Origin: an uncultured Bacteroidales bacterium
GTDB lineage: Bacteria > Bacteroidota > Bacteroidia > Bacteroidales > Paludibacteraceae
NCBI GenBank assembly: GCA_903927945.1
Contig: CAIYOZ010000158.1
Span: 1-54,471 of the forward strand
Reading direction: 5' to 3'
DNA length: 54,471 nucleotides
The notes below the pieces were generated by a model. That model worked only from the letters and a program-made list of their open reading frames with translations. It searched no databases and was not told the DNA's origin. The translations under genes and the position numbers were made by a program. Each line of letters starts with the position of its first letter. Within the stretch, counting starts at the first letter, position 1. Below are positions 8,227-18,043 of this stretch, in pieces.

Positions 8227-11200
8227 TTATTGTTTTACTAATTTTTGAGTGGATACCTGTCCGTTCGCCAACTTCACTGTAATAAAATAGTTACCTGCTG
8301 ACAGATCACTGGTATCTACTGATTTTACCAACCCGTTTGTGGTGATTGACTTAACGGTTTGACCCAATAAATTACTGATAGATACCTGACTGATTTCTGT
8401 TGTCGCACTGACAGTTAATCTGTTTGCAACCGGATTCGGGTAACAATTCACACCAAATGATCCATCAACCGTTGAGATACCGGTAACATCACTGTATAAA
8501 TAGAGATTGTCCATATACACTGTTTTACCACCCGACCCTGTAAATTTAAACTGGATGATATTGGATTTGTCTACACCTGTAAATGATGAAAGCAACAAGT
8601 CAAAACTATTCCAGGCATTCAGGTTAAGCGGTGCAAGGGCTACAGAGAATTCCTTATTTGGGGTAGCCGGACTGATGGGTGTTACCTGCAAAGTTGTTTC
8701 ATCCACCGGATATATATCCACGTGCAATTTATTCATGGCGCTTGCATCCACAAAAGTTGCAAGAGCTATGCCCTGATAGTTCAAATTCATGTATTTAATG
8801 GTATTGTTTCCTCCCAATTGAACCAAACTTTCATTTGTTGCCTGATTCCAGCCAGGATTAAAGTCGGTCCCGGTTACACTGGTATAGGCATCACTGAAAA
8901 TTGAAATCACCTTAGTGGCATCAGTAGTCGGTGTTGGCGCAGCGGGAAGTGGTGTCAGGGTAGTGGCATTCACAACAATCGGGCTGTTTGCAGCAACATT
9001 CCCGGTTGGATCAGCTGCAGCCACCGAGAACGTGTAGGCAGTTGATGCATTCAATCCTGAAATCATAACCGACTTTTGAGTTCCGGTGATTCCGGCAGTT
9101 GTGACCACTGTAGGAGTAGCTCCATACGAAATAGTATACACAATGGCTCCCGAATTGTCGGTGGCATTGAGTAAAAGTTCCACTGCATCCGAAGCGACTG
9201 CACCCTTGGTGGCAGTAAACGCTGCAGGAGCTTGTGTGTCAGGTGTCGGATCACTATTATAGAAATACAAATTATCCAAATAGACTGTATTTCCACCTGC
9301 GCCCACAAATTTAAACTGGATCAGATCACTGACAGATAAACCCTGGCTTGTAAATGCTGTTAATGGGATATCATAACTATTCCAGACGCCTAAATTCAGA
9401 GGCGTTAACGCGAATAATTTCTCACCGGTGGTAGCACTGATGCATGATACTGTTAATGACGTTTCATTCGGTGAAAAAGCATCCACATGCAAAAAGTTCA
9501 TCGGCAATGCATTGACGGGACTTCCAAATTGTATGCCCTGATAATTCAGGTTCGTCATCTTCAATGTGTTGTTACCGGCAATCTGAATAATGGCATCCGA
9601 ACCTGTTTGATTCCAGTTTGGGTTAAAATCGGTTCCGGCCACATTGGTATAGGCATCGCTAAAAATAGAAATCACTTTTGGTGCGGCATATACCGGAGGT
9701 ATCGGTGCTGCGGCAATTGGTTCGCCGGCAGCAGAATAAGTGTAAGTATATATTTTACCGATAAAGCCATCTTTCAATGCTGCTGCCTTAATGGTTCCTC
9801 CTGCAAAATTAATTGGCGCACTGTAAACCGGACTTGAAGAAACAGGATCAGTTCCATCCATGGTGTAAACCATGGTAGCACCTGCTGCATCAACAGGTAG
9901 AACGGTGGTAGGAGTCAATGTTAACGTGATATTTGGGTCGGTTCTGTATTGACCTGATGCAGGGGTTGCCGTTGGAGTAAATGCTCTGAAGTCATAAAAT
10001 TTATTAACTCCGGTCCCTGTATATGTGTAAAGTGTTGGAGTGGCAGTAGAAACCGTCAGATCTTTTATTATTGAATTTAAAGCCTTCGTCCCGGCCAACA
10101 CAAATACTTTACCTGCAGTCATATTAACCGTAAAACCACTAAGGGTCATCGTATTTGGTGCAGCATTTGTCGGTCCATAAGAAACAGCAATTGAACTGGC
10201 ATCGTTTCCGGCTACATTAAGTGTTGAATTTGAAAAATTCAGATTTAATGGACCAACTAAATTAAATGCGACAGCTTTTGCAGAGACGTTGAAAGTACAG
10301 CCTGTGGCGCTCATCAAATTTCCATTTGAAGTAGCATATTTAACTATACTTGCAGCATTAGTTGTTCCATTTACAGTGAAAGTGGAGTTTGACAAATACA
10401 ATTTAGTAGCCGTATTATCCACACCGCTTCCTGAATTAGCATATATGATCGGTGCATTCCCGGTAACAATATAGGATCCACCGGTAATGTTGGTTGTGAA
10501 AGCACCGGTAATTTTTATAATTCCGGTTGTGGTAGAGCTGCTTATCTTAATATTTCCACCTATTGTTGTATTTGCAGCAATTATTAAAGAAAAATTATTG
10601 GCATCCATGACAATAGGATGAGTGGCATCCGGTGTCATTGTCAACGCTGTATTGATCGTAATATTGGCTAATAACTTAATACGTGTCGTGTCTGTTGCTG
10701 TGAGAGAAGTAGTATAGGCAGCCTGCAAATCGGCTAATGTACTTACACTAATAGGCAAATTGGCCGGTAAACCGGAAACAGTATAGTTAAATGTATAGAC
10801 AGTAGGATCGATATAACCATTTTTCCCTATACATGCTTTAAGTATCGTGGAAGGAGAGTTGGCCGGAACTGAACCACCTGTTGCAATAGTCGGGCTTGCA
10901 GTGGTTGGGTTGACCACATTACTATAAAAAATGCTCGCTTTTGCCATACTGGCATTACCCGAGGCGGTAAACGTTACATTATTAGCCGGATAGGTCATAC
11001 TGCTTCCATCAACAGGACTGGCTGTCAGCACAGCACCCCGCATATCCAACACAGCAGCACCCGTATTATCCAGTTTATAAGGATTTGAAGAAGTAATGAC
11101 TACATTCTGCGAAGTGGAAGGAATGACAATTAACGAGGAAGCTCCTCCGCCCACCAAAGCAGCATCAGTACCGTTGGTGGAACTGGTAGTGATCGTGGTA

Positions 11201-11913
11201 TTATCGCCGATGATCAGCGAATTCACACCCAGTGATTGAATTCCGTAAGCTCCGTTTCCGGAAGCAGTAATTGTTCCTCCGGCAAATGGCTTGATGGTAT
11301 TGGCAATATTGGTCACCCCATCGGTCAAAGCCAGTGCCCGGGTATTATCACCCACGGCAGAAATAGTTCCACCCCGTAACACCAATGAGAAGCTGTTCAA
11401 TACATTCAAGGCATAGGCTGTGGTGACTCCGGTAGCTACCACACTGATGGTTCCTCCGGATACATAAATCCAACCGGCATTGGCAATCACTGCCGATGTT
11501 CCCGAAATGGAAGTGGTTGATTGGATAAGTCCTCCATTGATGCGGATAATCCCCCTGCTTAAATTTGCGATCACGGTAGAGGTTCCTAAAATGCTTACGT
11601 TAGCACCAATACGCAGGATCGTACTATCTGCGGTTACATTGTCGCCAATGGAGATAATTTTAAATTGGTTGGTATTAATGGTGATTGGATCGGTTGCATC
11701 CGATTCCAGCGCATACGTTTGATGTGCCACCATTCTCACCGGCATATCGGTGGTCAGGTTAATGGTTCCACCCCCTACTGTTTTCAGGGAATCAAACACC
11801 GTCCGGAACCTTAACGAGTCCGTGGTTATAGACTGGGCAACCATCGATGCACTCAGGCAGCAAAAGAGTGCTAGCAAGAGAGTACAAAAAAATGTTTTTG
11901 TTGTTAGCTTCAT
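8227..11913 (-). CDS. Secreted modular protein, no catalytic domain recognised: 2x (beta-helix-like + CHB_HEX_C/Fn3-associated), putative CBM - Fn3-like - putative CBM, T9SS CTD
   Basis: Start at MKLTTKTFF (ATG 11913); GGTIS/GGTIT repeats; YTMDGTDP motif; two VISIFSDAYT...DNLY modules; CYPNPV...GNYFITV CTD. Confidence 0.7.
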   Translation of the reverse strand: MKLTTKTFFCTLLLALFCCLSASMVAQSITTDSLRFRTVFDSLKTVGGGTINLTTDMPVRMVAHQTYALESDATDPITINTNQFKIISIGDNVTADSTILRIGANVSILGTSTVIANLSRGIIRINGGLIQSTTSISGTSAVIANAGWIYVSGGTISVVATGVTTAYALNVLNSFSLVLRGGTISAVGDNTRALALTDGVTNIANTIKPFAGGTITASGNGAYGIQSLGVNSLIIGDNTTITTSSTNGTDAALVGGGASSLIVIPSTSQNVVITSSNPYKLDNTGAAVLDMRGAVLTASPVDGSSMTYPANNVTFTASGNASMAKASIFYSNVVNPTTASPTIATGGSVPANSPSTILKACIGKNGYIDPTVYTFNYTVSGLPANLPISVSTLADLQAAYTTSLTATDTTRIKLLANITINTALTMTPDATHPIVMDANNFSLIIAANTTIGGNIKISSSTTTGIIKITGAFTTNITGGSYIVTGNAPIIYANSGSGVDNTATKLYLSNSTFTVNGTTNAASIVKYATSNGNLMSATGCTFNVSAKAVAFNLVGPLNLNFSNSTLNVAGNDASSIAVSYGPTNAAPNTMTLSGFTVNMTAGKVFVLAGTKALNSIIKDLTVSTATPTLYTYTGTGVNKFYDFRAFTPTATPASGQYRTDPNITLTLTPTTVLPVDAAGATMVYTMDGTDPVSSSPVYSAPINFAGGTIKAAALKDGFIGKIYTYTYSAAGEPIAAAPIPPVYAAPKVISIFSDAYTNVAGTDFNPNWNQTGSDAIIQIAGNNTLKMTNLNYQGIQFGSPVNALPMNFLHVDAFSPNETSLTVSCISATTGEKLFALTPLNLGVWNSYDIPLTAFTSQGLSVSDLIQFKFVGAGGNTVYLDNLYFYNSDPTPDTQAPAAFTATKGAVASDAVELLLNATDNSGAIVYTISYGATPTVVTTAGITGTQKSVMISGLNASTAYTFSVAAADPTGNVAANSPIVVNATTLTPLPAAPTPTTDATKVISIFSDAYTSVTGTDFNPGWNQATNESLVQLGGNNTIKYMNLNYQGIALATFVDASAMNKLHVDIYPVDETTLQVTPISPATPNKEFSVALAPLNLNAWNSFDLLLSSFTGVDKSNIIQFKFTGSGGKTVYMDNLYLYSDVTGISTVDGSFGVNCYPNPVANRLTVSATTEISQVSISNLLGQTVKSITTNGLVKSVDTSDLSAGNYFITVKLANGQVSTQKLVKQ

Positions 11914-11961
11914 AATATCTAAATTTAAAGTGAAAATTTTGGAATTGAAATGTAAAGAATA

Positions 11962-11999
11962 AATCACGAGACTGACATTTTAAAGTCAGCCTCATGATT
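11962..11999 (-). terminator. Intergenic stem-loop
   Basis: AATCACGAGACTGAC / GTCAGCCTCATGATT; both mismatches become G-U on the minus strand. Confidence 0.6.
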
Positions 12000-12007
12000 A
12001 GAAGAAT

Positions 12008-15000
12008 TTAAAGAATAACCTTTTGAATGGAATTGTCTTTATGTGTGGTTACATGAATGATATAAGCACCGGTTGCCAGGTTTATTTGACTACCAATGTT
12101 TACTTTTTGATGATTTAACACTACTCCACTCAATGAAACGACGTCAATACTTCCTTCGACTTTTGAAATTAGTCCATTTTTTGTAACAGTAAAAGATGAA
12201 GCTGAACTATTCAATTCATTAACAGCAGTAGCTATTGAAGTAATATCAGCTGTCAATCCCGTTGGTTGGGTTACAGTATAGTTGGCCGTTGGAGCGGTAA
12301 ATCCGGTAACCGTAATACCTACTGCTGTAGCAGCATTGACATCATTAAAAGTCGCTAATGGAGTACCTGTCACCGCAAACATTTCACCATTTACCAAGCC
12401 TACATATGCAGGTGTACCTGATAATGTAGCTGCATTAGTGCCATCATACGGTTTACTAACACCCGAAAGACCGGTAATAGTAAGTGGAGCCAGTGTAATG
12501 TCAGCAGTCGGACTTGGTTGTGTAATCGTGTAATTTGCCGAAGGCGTCAAAATACCCGTAACAGTAATTGGTTTAGCTGTAGCAACATTTGCGTCTGCAA
12601 AAGTGCCAGCAGGTGTACCTGTGACTGTAAATGTTTCACCATTTACCAATCCAGCATAAGTTGGTGTTCCGGTTAAAGTAGCCGTATTTAAACCATCATA
12701 CACTTTGGCAACACCAGTTAGGCCTGTAACAGTTAGTGTTTTTGTATTTACTGATAGAGTTTGAGCCATATCGGTTGCAGCATTAAATGCCACATTTCCA
12801 ACTTGCGAAGCTGTAATTAAGGAATTACCAACACCAAGAACATGAATTTTCCCGTTTACAATCGTTGCAACTGATAAATTAGAACTTCCATAAGTTGGAA
12901 TTAATCCTGAACTTGAAGTTGCCGGAGCAAAATCAGCATCACCGTACACTTTTGTTGGAGCAGCAAACGTAATGGTTTGATTAGCTTTTACTGTAGGTAC
13001 TGTAAGAGAATATACACTTGAGCTGTTTACTCCATTTGCACGAACCCGATAATAGTAAGTTGTTCCAGGTGTTAAACCTGTAATTACTTGAGAAGTTGAA
13101 GTACTTGCTACATTTAAATTATCATATCCTGCAACATTATTTATCTGAGAAATCCTGATATTATCAATAAGAATACGTTTGGCTACATATGGTTCTACAA
13201 TTTTTATTTTTGATAGCGCAGTTCCACCAATAATAGAATACGTTTTTGTTGTCATAACCGATGGCGTAATTGTATCAGTTCCACTAATTGGAACAAAGTT
13301 TACACCATCTGCAGCATGAAAGACTCTAAAACCTACTGCAGCATCTGTTGAATACTTTCCACAGTCAAAAGTCAACGTGGCATTTCCACCATTTCCTGAT
13401 AAATCTAATGTTGGAGTAGTAAGGTATCCAATGCTACCGCCACCACTGTATCCAAGTCTTAAAGAACCTCCTGCTTGATATGCAAATCCTGATGACCAAC
13501 CTGGAGTTTGCATAAAATTATTCACTGTATTTGAAATGTCGTTTGCATCCGATGCTGTAGGAGTACCTAATAAACATTTTTCAAAATTCTCGGTAAATGG
13601 GAAAAATGATGTTGAGTTTACATCCAAACTATAACTGGTTGCACCCGGAACTGCATTCCAATTAGCTGTAAAACCATCACTCAAAACATTTGATGCATCA
13701 GCAGCAGTGGGAGCAGGTGAAAATGCTCCGGTTGCCTGGTAACCGGTTAACGCAGTAGAATAATTAGTTATTAGTCCGTTACCATTATAACTGTAAACAG
13801 CATAGTAATAAACTGTATTGTCAATAAACCCGGTTTGGTCATAACCACTCCATGGAGACGTTCCAACATATACAACTTGATTAATACCCGAACCAATATT
13901 TGTTTGATTTAATGTGTAAGTTGAACCTATTACAGGTGCCCCTGTTACTGTCGAAGATGTATTCCTTAGTACTAAATATCCTGTTGGCGCTAAAATTGGT
14001 GCAGTAAAAGATGTTTTAAAACCAGTTGAACCAATTGAAGAAAATGCTAATGCACTTGGAGCTGTAGGAAGTGCAGCAATTGTTGACTGACTCGAAGTTG
14101 CAGTTACAGACGTTAAATAATTATACGTCCCTGTACTACCATTGAATTCATAAACTGCAACATAATAAGTTGTTCCTGCATTTAATCCTGATATTGCAAC
14201 ATTACTTCCGGTTGAATTATATACAACATAGTTCCCTGTTCCAATTTGTGTACCGCTCTTAAATATTGAATTTGCGGTATAGGCCGTTCCATCAATAGGG
14301 TTACTATCTACAGCACCAGACTCTTTTAGTAAAACCAATCGATTTGTTCCATTTCCATTCGCCCAACCAATTGTCATTCCTGTTGTTGTTAAAGCAGAAA
14401 AAGTAATAGTAGAAGCTTGTGTTGTCGGTTCTGCTGCAAATGTGGTTGCATTTGCAAACATGCCGGAAGAATATACATTTGATCCATTAACCGACCAAAT
14501 TTTATAATAGTATACTGTACCTGGGGTAAGCGATGTATGGCTAAATGGAGATGTGCCACCGTTATAAATAATCGTTCCACCTCCTGATAATGCATCTCCC
14601 GAATTATAAACCGTTCCATCTACTGGATTCCCAAAAGTATTTGTTGAATTCCAGGCAATCAACACATTATTATTGGTTGCATTTGGAGTAAATGCAATAT
14701 TGATTTGAGATGAGGATATTCCAGCAGAACTTACCGATACCGGATCTGCAACAGAACTTGCAGCATTAGTATTGGTTGTAACTTTTGTAACTGAAGACTG
14801 TAAAGCAATACCTGCCAAATCCTCTGTGACTAAATAAACATCATAAGTTGTACCGGCTGTAAGTCCTGTAATATTGTTTGTATATATTGTGTTTGCAGCG
14901 GAACAGGTAATTGTACCTTTAAGATTTGATGCCAATGTAGTTCCTGCTGCGTTTTGTCCTGCTTTAACTTGTGCCGGACTTGGAGCTGCAGCACCACTCG

Positions 15001-16258
15001 ATAAAACTACATAATAAGCTTTTCCCGGTTCATTTATGTTTACATTTGAAGTGAATCCACTTGTTGTTTGTAAATTAAATGATGGATAACTAGGAGTCCA
15101 AACGGGAGCGATATTATAATTAAAAGTGGAAACGACCCCTACAGTTACTGATGATGGTAATATATAAGGAGCAACTTTTAATACTGAAGAAACAGGAATG
15201 GTTATAGCACTGGAATAAGTTGAGCTGGTAGGTGTTGGATCAGTTCCATCTAACGTATAAACCAATGAAGCGCTAACTGCTGTTCCTCCTGCAGTAACTC
15301 CATTTATTATATTAGAGTATGTATCGCTAACAGCACCGCTGTACTGAGTTATTAAATCTGTTCCGCCTGAAAGAGTAACAGATTGTGACGAAGAATATGT
15401 TCCACTTGCAACACCCGGCGTAATGGATGTAGAATTTGCATAATTATTAATCACAGCTCCGGCAACAGTTTTTATACCAACAGTACCTCCAGTTATATTG
15501 GCTGTTTTAGTAGCTATATTTATTCTACTTCCTGCTATAACACTAATACCATTTGTTTTGCCATATATTGTTGGAGAACCGCTAATCCAAAGTAGACCTA
15601 CTGTTGCAGAATTTAAATAAATGGCTGTTCCTCCGCTACTGGATGTCTGTATTATACCTCCGGTGATATATAATTTTCCACCACCAGTTCCTCCGGTATT
15701 ATCTATAGTTATTACATTTGGTCCAGTGGAAGTAGATGTATTTTGAATTGTCCCACCAGAAATTCTACATATTGATCCATTCGTAATTTTTATATTAGTT
15801 GGGTTGCCAGCTCCAGTTGTTGAAATTGTACCACCAGTAATGGTCACTGTACCACCACTTGCAAGTATGGTTGGATTACTGCCATTAGTTATAATTCCTG
15901 CATTTACAACTAAATTTCCACTGGTATTGACTGTAATTGCACTTGCAATTCCTTCTGTAATTGTTACATTATTTCCTATGGTAAGAGTTCCTGCGGTAAC
16001 AGTTATTGGAGCACTCGCTGTACCAATAGTTATTGTTACCGGATTTGCAGAAGTCATATTAAAATCCGCATTAACTGTTATGGGACCTGTCACAACAATA
16101 GTTGAAGGGCTTCCTGTAGTATTTGCTAATCCAAACTGAGTTTGAAGATCAGCAAAGGTAGCTACATTTACACTACCAGCAGCTTTTAATTCAGATACTG
16201 ATAATCCCCATAAAGATATTGCCAGCACGATTAGTTTAAAGTAGTTTGTTTTTTTCAT
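12008..16258 (-). CDS. Large secreted adhesin-like protein: beta-helix-like N-terminus, CHB_HEX_C-like, several Fn3, two YDG-type repeats, short T9SS CTD
   Basis: ITGGTI repeats; YTLDGTDP; Fn3 signatures GLTAGTTYDVY, LTPGTVYYY, GLNAGTTYYV and GLTPGTTYYYRV; KVYDG and KPYDG repeats; GAYIIHV...QKVIL C-terminus. Confidence 0.7.
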   Translation of the reverse strand: MKKTNYFKLIVLAISLWGLSVSELKAAGSVNVATFADLQTQFGLANTTGSPSTIVVTGPITVNADFNMTSANPVTITIGTASAPITVTAGTLTIGNNVTITEGIASAITVNTSGNLVVNAGIITNGSNPTILASGGTVTITGGTISTTGAGNPTNIKITNGSICRISGGTIQNTSTSTGPNVITIDNTGGTGGGKLYITGGIIQTSSSGGTAIYLNSATVGLLWISGSPTIYGKTNGISVIAGSRINIATKTANITGGTVGIKTVAGAVINNYANSTSITPGVASGTYSSSQSVTLSGGTDLITQYSGAVSDTYSNIINGVTAGGTAVSASLVYTLDGTDPTPTSSTYSSAITIPVSSVLKVAPYILPSSVTVGVVSTFNYNIAPVWTPSYPSFNLQTTSGFTSNVNINEPGKAYYVVLSSGAAAPSPAQVKAGQNAAGTTLASNLKGTITCSAANTIYTNNITGLTAGTTYDVYLVTEDLAGIALQSSVTKVTTNTNAASSVADPVSVSSAGISSSQINIAFTPNATNNNVLIAWNSTNTFGNPVDGTVYNSGDALSGGGTIIYNGGTSPFSHTSLTPGTVYYYKIWSVNGSNVYSSGMFANATTFAAEPTTQASTITFSALTTTGMTIGWANGNGTNRLVLLKESGAVDSNPIDGTAYTANSIFKSGTQIGTGNYVVYNSTGSNVAISGLNAGTTYYVAVYEFNGSTGTYNYLTSVTATSSQSTIAALPTAPSALAFSSIGSTGFKTSFTAPILAPTGYLVLRNTSSTVTGAPVIGSTYTLNQTNIGSGINQVVYVGTSPWSGYDQTGFIDNTVYYYAVYSYNGNGLITNYSTALTGYQATGAFSPAPTAADASNVLSDGFTANWNAVPGATSYSLDVNSTSFFPFTENFEKCLLGTPTASDANDISNTVNNFMQTPGWSSGFAYQAGGSLRLGYSGGGSIGYLTTPTLDLSGNGGNATLTFDCGKYSTDAAVGFRVFHAADGVNFVPISGTDTITPSVMTTKTYSIIGGTALSKIKIVEPYVAKRILIDNIRISQINNVAGYDNLNVASTSTSQVITGLTPGTTYYYRVRANGVNSSSVYSLTVPTVKANQTITFAAPTKVYGDADFAPATSSSGLIPTYGSSNLSVATIVNGKIHVLGVGNSLITASQVGNVAFNAATDMAQTLSVNTKTLTVTGLTGVAKVYDGLNTATLTGTPTYAGLVNGETFTVTGTPAGTFADANVATAKPITVTGILTPSANYTITQPSPTADITLAPLTITGLSGVSKPYDGTNAATLSGTPAYVGLVNGEMFAVTGTPLATFNDVNAATAVGITVTGFTAPTANYTVTQPTGLTADITSIATAVNELNSSASSFTVTKNGLISKVEGSIDVVSLSGVVLNHQKVNIGSQINLATGAYIIHVTTHKDNSIQKVIL

Positions 16259-16326
16259 TTGGAAAATTGTAATTAAAAATAGTGAATATTTACTTGGTTG
16301 TTTTTTTAGAGTAAAAAGGGTAATAA

Positions 16327-16356
16327 CAGTCCGCAGGCATTTCTTCCTGCGGACTG
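16327..16356. terminator. GC-rich intergenic stem-loop
   Basis: CAGTCCGCAGG-8nt-CCTGCGGACTG perfect 11-bp stem just after the 524-aa gene. Confidence 0.65.
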
Positions 16357-16363
16357 GAAAGGA

Positions 16364-17938
16364 TTATAATTTTACTATTTTTTGTGTACCCGACTGACCG
16401 TTAGCCAGTTTCACGTTTACAAAATAATTACCTGCTGATACGGCACTTAAATCAATTGATGTTGAAGTGCTGTTTACCAGAACTGATTTAACGGATTGTC
16501 CCAATGTATTACTAACTGTTACCGAATAGATTTGAGTTTCGGCAGACACTTTTACATTACTGACAACCTGACTTGGATAACATTTGAATAAATTAGAAGC
16601 AGCAACTTCCGAAATACCGGTTGCATCGGTATAGAAATAGAGATTATCCATGTAGAAAGTGCCAAAACTAGCCGTAGTTACAAAACCGACTTGCTTTAAA
16701 TCTTTCTTTGATAACATGACAAAACTGCTCAAAGGAATATCTTTACTATTCCATTGATTTAGCGTAAGAGTTCCCAAAGAAGTCCAACCTGTTGATGCTC
16801 CGCTAGAAATTGACTCAAATTGAAGACCAATATCCATTGTTGATATAGGATAAACGTCTACATGTATAAATTTCATACCGGTAGCATCAAAAGGAGTCGC
16901 TAAAAAAGTTGGACTTCCACAACCGCCTGCACTGGTTGATACTACTTTTTTACCATTGTTACCACCTGGAAATGTGTAATCAGCAAAAGTCATCATCCAC
17001 CAGTTACTCCATTCAGTGACTGTAATAGCGGGAGTATAAGCATCGCTGTATATCGATTTTACTTGTGCTGCAGGTCTGGTAGGAGTCGGAGCTGCGGGCA
17101 TAACTGTTAAAGTAGTAGCCGTTACTACAATTGGAGTAGCAACAGCATTTCCGGTACGATCTCTGGCAACTATTGAGAAACTGTAATCTGTTGAACCTGC
17201 TAATCCATCAACAGTAAATGAACTTTGAGCTCCTGATAATAACCCACGAGTAGTAACAGTTTTTCCACCATAAGTAATATCAAAGAAAACAACACCGGAA
17301 TTATCGGTAGCATTTAATGAAAATGTTACAGCATCAGCAGCAACAGCTCCTTTGGTTGCCGTAAAGGCGGTTGGAACTTGATTATCAGTTGCATCTGTCC
17401 AAAAATAAATATTATCCAAGTAAATTGTTTCCATTCCTGTACCACCCTTTGTGCCTAACTGGATAATATCGGACATATTCACACCTGTGAAAGATGAAAC
17501 GGGTATGTCAAAGCTATTCCATTGATTTGCAGTTAGAGTCAAAGCTGCATCAGTTTCTACCGGACCCGAGCTGATTGCACCAATACTTAGCGTGGGCAAG
17601 TTGGAAGTAAACACATCGACATGCATATATTTCATATCAGGTACGATCAAATGATTGGCTAATTGTGTTCCCTCATAAGTAAAACTTGTATATTTCATAA
17701 TGTTATCGGTCCCGCCAACTTGAATTGTTGAAACAACTGTTGGTTGTTGCCAATTCGGGAAGAAATTTGTTCCCGGATCGGCACTTGGATAAGCATCACT
17801 AAATAAAGAAGCTACTTTATTGGCTGCACGTGTAGGAGTTGGAGCAGATGTGGTAGGATCTGCTGCTTTTGCAACAAATGTCATTGTTAAGCAAATGATA
17901 ACAGCGAATAATTTTTTGTGTAAATTTTTTGATTTCAT
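16364..17938 (-). CDS. Secreted non-catalytic protein: putative CBM - Fn3-like - putative CBM - T9SS CTD
   Basis: Signal peptide; two APTPTR..V.S.(F/Y)SDAY...Y.DN.YF modules around an ATDNSG Fn3-like domain; GNYFVNV...QKIVKL CTD. Confidence 0.7.
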   Translation of the reverse strand: MKSKNLHKKLFAVIICLTMTFVAKAADPTTSAPTPTRAANKVASLFSDAYPSADPGTNFFPNWQQPTVVSTIQVGGTDNIMKYTSFTYEGTQLANHLIVPDMKYMHVDVFTSNLPTLSIGAISSGPVETDAALTLTANQWNSFDIPVSSFTGVNMSDIIQLGTKGGTGMETIYLDNIYFWTDATDNQVPTAFTATKGAVAADAVTFSLNATDNSGVVFFDITYGGKTVTTRGLLSGAQSSFTVDGLAGSTDYSFSIVARDRTGNAVATPIVVTATTLTVMPAAPTPTRPAAQVKSIYSDAYTPAITVTEWSNWWMMTFADYTFPGGNNGKKVVSTSAGGCGSPTFLATPFDATGMKFIHVDVYPISTMDIGLQFESISSGASTGWTSLGTLTLNQWNSKDIPLSSFVMLSKKDLKQVGFVTTASFGTFYMDNLYFYTDATGISEVAASNLFKCYPSQVVSNVKVSAETQIYSVTVSNTLGQSVKSVLVNSTSTSIDLSAVSAGNYFVNVKLANGQSGTQKIVKL

Positions 17939-18043
17939 TAGATAATTGGTTTTAATGATTATTAGAAAATAATTATAGAGAATTTATGTGTTTTTAATTC
18001 CGGTGAAAAAATCAATACGTAAAAGTGTCACTCATAAGCTGTG

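Noticed and set aside
8227-17938. True cellulosome (cohesin/dockerin) scaffoldins
   Set aside because: No duplicated dockerin calcium-loop motifs on the enzymes and no cohesin repeats recognised; any complex would need another mechanism.
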